Origin: a virus
Taxonomy: Duplodnaviria > Caudoviricetes
Direction: 5' to 3' (one strand)
IMG/VR virus record: IMGVR_UViG_3300031993_000017
Length of the DNA stretch: 64,000 bases
The first letter of the stretch is position 1, and each line of letters begins with the position of its first letter. The notes under the pieces are model-generated. The model was given only the letters and a program-made list of their open reading frames with translations. It did no database searches and was not told where the DNA came from. Made by a program: the position numbers and the translations under genes. Below, one piece after another: positions 58,574 through 64,000 of the stretch.

Positions 58574-58777
58574 TCACAACTCCCACTGATAAGGATCACG
58601 ATTATACTCATATGAATCGGAAAGTTCTCGCTTGTATATCTCAATCAAATCAAATATCTCGTCACGTTCGATCCAAGATAAATTAGGATCGTCTAACTTC
58701 TCCTTTAACTCAGATATTTTGTTTTCCAGTTCTTCAGGGTCAACTGACCTGTATGATGATTTAATGTATCTTTTCAT
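58574..58777 (-). CDS. KRY-tag protein
   Basis: MKRYIKSS. Confidence 0.7.
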   Translation of the reverse strand: MKRYIKSSYRSVDPEELENKISELKEKLDDPNLSWIERDEIFDLIEIYKRELSDSYEYNRDPYQWEL

Positions 58778-58791
58778 AAGTTATTGTCTCC

Positions 58792-59250
58792 TTATATAAT
58801 TCCGTACTCTACAAGCAGACCGTAAGATACTTTGGGAATAGCTCCAATTCTAGCTACTCGATCCATAATAAAATAAAATGAACTTGATGAAAGATAACTA
58901 ACTAGTGACTCCTCGCTCCACATATCTTCTGTGTCATCACCAGGTGCTGGATTAGACAGAGCGTCAACAGCAGCATAAGGATCTTCAGCAAGTGCTTCCA
59001 TTGCTTCCTGCTCACTAGAACAGTCTGTATCTTCAATAAAATTGCTGTCAGCAATCAAGTAGTTAGTAATCATATCAGCTACCGCTTGACCATCTGTTTC
59101 ATAGGGAACTGAAAAATCTACGTATTCTCTCCAACCAGAATTGCAATAATCTAAGAAATTTTCGATGTTTCCTCCGAATTTTCTGTCAATTATCTGCTTT
59201 ACCTGAGAATACACAGTGTCAAAATAATTACCTTTCACTAAATATGACAT
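58792..59250 (-). CDS. acidic hypothetical protein
   Basis: ORF with GAGG SD. Confidence 0.6.
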   Translation of the reverse strand: MSYLVKGNYFDTVYSQVKQIIDRKFGGNIENFLDYCNSGWREYVDFSVPYETDGQAVADMITNYLIADSNFIEDTDCSSEQEAMEALAEDPYAAVDALSNPAPGDDTEDMWSEESLVSYLSSSSFYFIMDRVARIGAIPKVSYGLLVEYGII

Positions 59251-59266
59251 ATCCTCTTATCCTCCA

Positions 59267-59473
59267 TTAAATTGTCAAGCACTTTTCAACAATTTCAATC
59301 GTGTCGATGTCAGGTGCAGATGCATACATATCACGATTCTTCCACAGTGAATATGACTTACCATCGTACCGAATAGCATACTTACCTTGATACCGAACAA
59401 GATCAGGCAATTTACTGTTGCCTTCAAAATGTGTATAAGCCGTTACTTTAGCCTTCCGTCTTAAAATCTTCAT
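59267..59473 (-). CDS. hypothetical protein with basic N-terminus (MKILRRKAKVTAY)
   Basis: GGAGG SD; ACCTTTAAT motif upstream. Confidence 0.55.
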   Translation of the reverse strand: MKILRRKAKVTAYTHFEGNSKLPDLVRYQGKYAIRYDGKSYSLWKNRDMYASAPDIDTIEIVEKCLTI

Positions 59474-59545
59474 TACAAAACCTCCAAATTCAGAAATATT
59501 GTTTATAACTACAATAACTTTATTGCATTGTTATCTCTGAATTCA

Positions 59546-61585
59546 TTAAAGGTTGGAGGTAAATTGCCATCTTACCTTCCCGCAGTCGTAAACTTTAACA
59601 AATCCGTGCTCCAGCATGATCTGACTTTCTGTTTTTCCTGATACATCAATGATTTCATCTGGAAACAATCTTTGAATATTTGATTTTTGAGTGGAAACAC
59701 GATTTATCATGTATTCACTAACGGGATCCGCCCAACAATAACTAGGATCTGAAATATTTACAGCTTTGAATCCAAGTGTTTCATACAAACCACCCTTTAC
59801 ATGTGCAATATCTGAAAATGAAATTATTTGATCAAAATCATAATGTTCTTTGAAATACTTAAATAATTTTGATGCACCACCTACAACAGATGTATTAAGT
59901 TTATTACAGAAACGACTGAGTTCATAGGTATTTTCTGTAATGGATTCTGTGTATCCTATGGTACCACGTATTTTATTAAAGGTCATAACGGATACAAGTT
60001 CACCATTGTATTTTAACCCGAGCCGCACACTAGCATTTGTAGATCCTTGTAGATGATTTTCTTCAAGAAATGCACAACATGTTTTATTATCTAGTTCAAC
60101 TATTTCAGTATTTCTTGCATATATCTTTGTTTCAGTTTTTCCTAAGACATTTCGAATCATTGACAAAATCTGATCTTTTCTTGAAACCCACTCATATCCA
60201 AAAATGTGAAAAAGAAAAATCCCGGCTTGTTTTGCAAGGTCTGATTTCATTTTATGATATCCAATTGGTTTTCTGTCATTTTCAGCATAAGAATCAATAG
60301 ACGAGTTGTGTGTATAAGTCGGATTACATTCAAATCCAATCTTATATTCAGGTAAATATATATCTATTTCATATGGGCTTATGATACTTCTTGTATGCTG
60401 CATAATTGTAGTATCTGGAACAATTTCCTCTATGCAATCTAAAATTTCTGATTCCATTTTTAATGGTCTATATTGAATCAAATCTTGACAATTTGTTTTA
60501 ATTACATATGCGGAAACAGTTTCCATTCGAACACCAATAGATTCGGCAACTTGATCAAGAGTTGGCTTTATATCAAAGTGACCAACAATGTAGGAACGTA
60601 TGTCATTCTTAAATTCAATGAAACTATCTGCTTTTGATGGATCGATTAATTGTGTTTGCAAGGAAACAATTGATTGATTATAAGTTCTTGCACCATATCT
60701 TTCCAAATTTGTAGCATAAACACGTTCTTTAATTTGATCTGATTTCAAAGGATTATCAACACCATATCGTTCCATTAAAGTATCGCGGATAGTTTGCTGA
60801 ACCTCTTCCGATGCAAATGGATTTTCTACTCCATAGTGTTCTAAGGTAGAAGCGATTGCCTTTTGCTTGATCTCTGGATCATTTAAAGTACATACAGAAC
60901 CATAACGCTCAAGATTTGTCTGGTGTAATTTTGCTTTAATCTCTGCGGATTGTAGTGGATTTTCCACTCCATAACGCTCTAAAGTTGTCTGCAGTACCTT
61001 TGCTTTGATGATATCAGATGCAGATCCCCATCCACCATATCGTTCAATCATAGTTTCTCGTATCCTACTAACTAAATCTCCACCAAATCCAACACCACCA
61101 TATCTTTCTATCATAGTATCAATTGATTTTTTCATAACCTCAGGATCACATGTAGGTGCAATACCTCCATATCGTTCTAAATTAGTTGCTTGAACCCTCT
61201 GCTTTATTTCTTCAGATTGTAGTGGGTTCTCAACACCATATCTTTCTAACATTATCTGTTTGAATTGTTCTTTAAATTCATCAGATTGTGTATAATATTC
61301 AACACCGTATTTCTCTAAACAAGTCTTTCTAGCTTTGGCTTTACTTGACTCCGAGTTTACTGCACAAGTATCGCCATAGCGCTCTAAACATGTTGCCGCA
61401 ATTTTCTTTTGACGACATTCTTCGGAGCAACATTGAACACCTACATAATAATCTTTGATCTTGACCTTCTTCCCACAAATAGGACATTCGCCATAATCGT
61501 CTTTACAATACATCTGCCTCGATGCTGTAGTATCAAATTCTTTTCCGCACCATTTACACTTCTTATGATAAGTAACCTTCTTCAA
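59546..61585 (-). CDS. homing-endonuclease-like protein (Zn finger, ERYGVENP repeats, very-short-patch/Hef-like nuclease)
   Basis: TTG start after GGAGG; ~10 LERYG repeats; E.DIY.P....FE.N..H; ELSRFC...VVGGASKL. Confidence 0.75.
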   Translation of the reverse strand: MKKVTYHKKCKWCGKEFDTTASRQMYCKDDYGECPICGKKVKIKDYYVGVQCCSEECRQKKIAATCLERYGDTCAVNSESSKAKARKTCLEKYGVEYYTQSDEFKEQFKQIMLERYGVENPLQSEEIKQRVQATNLERYGGIAPTCDPEVMKKSIDTMIERYGGVGFGGDLVSRIRETMIERYGGWGSASDIIKAKVLQTTLERYGVENPLQSAEIKAKLHQTNLERYGSVCTLNDPEIKQKAIASTLEHYGVENPFASEEVQQTIRDTLMERYGVDNPLKSDQIKERVYATNLERYGARTYNQSIVSLQTQLIDPSKADSFIEFKNDIRSYIVGHFDIKPTLDQVAESIGVRMETVSAYVIKTNCQDLIQYRPLKMESEILDCIEEIVPDTTIMQHTRSIISPYEIDIYLPEYKIGFECNPTYTHNSSIDSYAENDRKPIGYHKMKSDLAKQAGIFLFHIFGYEWVSRKDQILSMIRNVLGKTETKIYARNTEIVELDNKTCCAFLEENHLQGSTNASVRLGLKYNGELVSVMTFNKIRGTIGYTESITENTYELSRFCNKLNTSVVGGASKLFKYFKEHYDFDQIISFSDIAHVKGGLYETLGFKAVNISDPSYCWADPVSEYMINRVSTQKSNIQRLFPDEIIDVSGKTESQIMLEHGFVKVYDCGKVRWQFTSNL

Positions 61586-61623
61586 AGCAAACACCTCCGT
61601 TGGAAAAGTATTTATTACCATAA

Positions 61624-61652
61624 TTATAAGTTGAAATTTGAAATTTGTCAAT
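61624..61652 (-). promoter_or_regulatory. sigmaA-type promoter
   Basis: TTGACA-17bp-TATAAT. Confidence 0.8.
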
Positions 61653-61753
61653 AGAAAAATAAATATTTCCAAATAAAAAATCACTACCTAGAATGAAAAA
61701 TCAAACTAGGTAGTGACTTCAATCATTCATCTAATAAGGAATAGACGATCTAA

Positions 61754-64000
61754 TTAAATACTGATCGAATTGAGATCAACCGATGCAGGTAATGCAATAA
61801 GATCAATAAAGATATCGTTCACGATACCGTGTACGGTGATGTAAACCTTACCTATTACAGTGTTGGCGTTCACACTATCAAGTCCGTTGATATCTGCTCT
61901 CATTACAACTCTGTAATCATCGATCGCACCTACATTCCGCATAGTATCAAGCAGAGGTGTTACACCTGCGTAGAACTTGCTGTATGCTTGTTCGTTGTTG
62001 TACTGGAATGTGATAGAGATTCCTACTCTGTAGCAAACATCTTTGATTGCGTCTACAAGGAATCTTGTGGAAAGATTCTCAAGTGCATTGTAGGTTGCAG
62101 GTGGAATATCCCAACCCGTGTAATTTCCCCAAAGGTTTGTTCCGAGATCCGGAATATTTGTAATAGCGTTTACATTTACACCTTCACCTGACTGCCATTC
62201 ATCGAGGTACTTCTTAGGAACGATGTAGTCAAGTTTTCCAATGGCAACATTGTGCTTTCTGTTAGTAGGAAGTGCCCAGGAGTACTGAATACTCTGATTT
62301 GCCATCTGTGACCGTTCGATCATCAGCTTGAGGAAAGAAGGCGGTGCGATACTAGAACGACTTGTTCCAGCATATACGAAATGTCCCCAAGGTGCGAAGT
62401 AAGCACTATGAGTAGCGAATAATGGTTCGGTATTCTTATAATCTGTGGAAAGTTTAGTAAAGTATTTTTGTGCGTCACTACGCTTTAATGTTCTAGGAAC
62501 ATCGATCAGACCTGCTGCACATCTACTATAATAGGAAACAAACATAATTGCTTTGTGCATAGGTGAAAGGCTGATATTCTGCCAAGTTACAGGTGCCCAA
62601 GACTCTGCATCAATTACATCACCGAACCAAGTGAAGTCTTGATCATCCCAAGGGCTGATGATTCTATCAGGATTATAGGTAAGTCTATCAGTCAGAAGAT
62701 AAAGAATACCATCTTCCCAATCATTGACATTAGCAGAAGCATTGTCTGTAGGCTTACCGGTTGTATTTGTATAAAGCCATTCACGATAATAGAATCCGTC
62801 TGCATCAACCTTATCAACACCTGCATCCTTTACAGCTTTAAGACCCTTGATGTAAATTGTTTCCTCACCGAATCTTGCTTGAGCAAGTGCAAGTGCCTTA
62901 GTCATCGCATCATCTGCAGATTCCGTAAATCCATGATCGTCACCACCGGTAAGAGATACTTCAAATGTATCTTCTGCTTCATCGAAGTTTCCGAACAGTT
63001 CGATATCTACAAACTTAGATGTTACTTCATCAATGTAAAGGATTGTATCAGTAGTTGCAAGTTCATCCATGGTGAACACAAGGTTCTCTACAGCTGTCAG
63101 AGCTCCTGTGGAATCTTTGATATAAGTAATCATGTTCCAATACTTGTAATTTCCATAAGTTACTCTTGCGAGTTTGATAACTAAGGAATCACCAAAGGAG
63201 CCAGGATACTTAGCTTTAAACAGAACTCTGTTATCTACTTGCTCAGGATCTGCAACTGAAACTACTTCTGTCCAGTTACTAGGATCAAATGCATTAGTCC
63301 ATTCACCTTGCCATTCACTTGCATCCCAACGTCTACCAAGTTCCCAATCAGATTGATTAAATGCACCAGGAGTTTCAACAGCATTAACACAATTGTAAAT
63401 GTTTCCATCATATCTAACAAGATCACCTACAGCATAAGTGGATTGATCACTAAATGCATCCGGTTCTGCCATATTAGAAGAACATACCTTATACTGCCCG
63501 TCATATACACAAGCATCGCCTTCAGAATAGATTGTTTGATTACTGAACGGATCTGCTGTAGGATTGTCAACTTTTGCTTTGTAAATCAATCCATTGTAAT
63601 TTACATAAGCACCAGTTGTATACTGAGCATGTTCAGAAAAATCATTGATAGAAATATTTGCATCAATGTGTTCATTTGCCTGTACTAACTGTCCATTGGT
63701 AGCTGGATAGTAAAAATCATCACCAGCTTCATATGACTTTGTGTTGTCATAATTCTCTGCACAGAAAATATTACCTTCTGACTTAGTTCCGGGGCAAAGT
63801 CTGCACACAAGAACATCATATCCTGCAGTAAGAAGTGTGATAGCAGTCTGATAGGAGTAATCTCCATACAAGCGATAGTTAGTAGCAGGTCCACGATAGG
63901 TAGAGATAAATGCTTCAAGTCCTGCCTGGTTTGCAGGAAACTTCGCCCATGTTGTTTCGTCCAAGATTTCATCTTTGGATTTCTTACCAACAGCTTCATA
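61754..64000 (-). CDS. tail sheath protein (5' truncated by window) with CBM-like insertion
   Basis: AKYPGS.G, GG.D, Y..PW, PPS, VN.I, WG..T, F..N, G.I.DY.V; frame open to 64000. Confidence 0.85.
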   Translation of the reverse strand, partial: YEAVGKKSKDEILDETTWAKFPANQAGLEAFISTYRGPATNYRLYGDYSYQTAITLLTAGYDVLVCRLCPGTKSEGNIFCAENYDNTKSYEAGDDFYYPATNGQLVQANEHIDANISINDFSEHAQYTTGAYVNYNGLIYKAKVDNPTADPFSNQTIYSEGDACVYDGQYKVCSSNMAEPDAFSDQSTYAVGDLVRYDGNIYNCVNAVETPGAFNQSDWELGRRWDASEWQGEWTNAFDPSNWTEVVSVADPEQVDNRVLFKAKYPGSFGDSLVIKLARVTYGNYKYWNMITYIKDSTGALTAVENLVFTMDELATTDTILYIDEVTSKFVDIELFGNFDEAEDTFEVSLTGGDDHGFTESADDAMTKALALAQARFGEETIYIKGLKAVKDAGVDKVDADGFYYREWLYTNTTGKPTDNASANVNDWEDGILYLLTDRLTYNPDRIISPWDDQDFTWFGDVIDAESWAPVTWQNISLSPMHKAIMFVSYYSRCAAGLIDVPRTLKRSDAQKYFTKLSTDYKNTEPLFATHSAYFAPWGHFVYAGTSRSSIAPPSFLKLMIERSQMANQSIQYSWALPTNRKHNVAIGKLDYIVPKKYLDEWQSGEGVNVNAITNIPDLGTNLWGNYTGWDIPPATYNALENLSTRFLVDAIKDVCYRVGISITFQYNNEQAYSKFYAGVTPLLDTMRNVGAIDDYRVVMRADINGLDSVNANTVIGKVYITVHGIVNDIFIDLIALPASVDLNSISI

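Noticed and set aside
1700-63999. Numerous plus-strand and nested ORFs in the six-frame track
   Set aside because: They are antisense or out-of-frame shadows of well-supported minus-strand genes with no SD or motifs; only the two tnpA genes are credible on the plus strand.
1-64000. CRISPR array, DGR or retron
   Set aside because: I saw no regularly spaced repeats, no reverse transcriptase and no adenine-specific TR/VR pair; the pentapeptide paralogs differ at all base types.
1-64000. Stop-codon reassignment
   Set aside because: Long genes are intact in the standard code, TAA, TAG and TGA all end genes, and there is no suppressor tRNA. The TGA and TAA anticodons are ordinary Ser and Leu.

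Overview
This ~35% GC window, coded almost entirely on the minus strand, looks like part of a large myovirus-type phage of a Firmicutes (probably Clostridia) host, judged from GGAGG SD sequences, an amidase-SH3b endolysin and Firmicute-type IS elements. A contractile-tail gene set is dispersed across it: sheath ~62-64 kb, tube ~42.5-43 kb, fibre ~39.5-42.4 kb, and baseplate/tape measure ~14-31 kb. It also carries a lysis pair, SSB, a resolvase-like nuclease, dUTPase, a queuosine-precursor transporter, two IS605-type elements, an IS607-like tnpB-only element, free-standing endonucleases and a tRNA region (Pro, Ser, Gln x2, Ile2, Leu, one pseudo-tRNA). Three signals stand out. (1) About a dozen mostly unrelated proteins share a short basic N-terminal tag, M-K-R-Y-[IV]-x-[ASC]-[SAG]. 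It is conserved at the protein level rather than the DNA level, is mostly downstream of the promoter motif that precedes the virion genes, and once occurs internally in a fusion protein. It is a candidate capsid-targeting/maturation signal for a set of packaged effectors. (2) The tRNA region is interleaved with tightly packed unknown structured RNAs, including two anticodon-less tRNA mimics with a TGCAAAT T-loop. (3) The tail sheath carries nested, Russian-doll CBM-like modules. All family assignments come from motif recognition by eye; no database searches were run.
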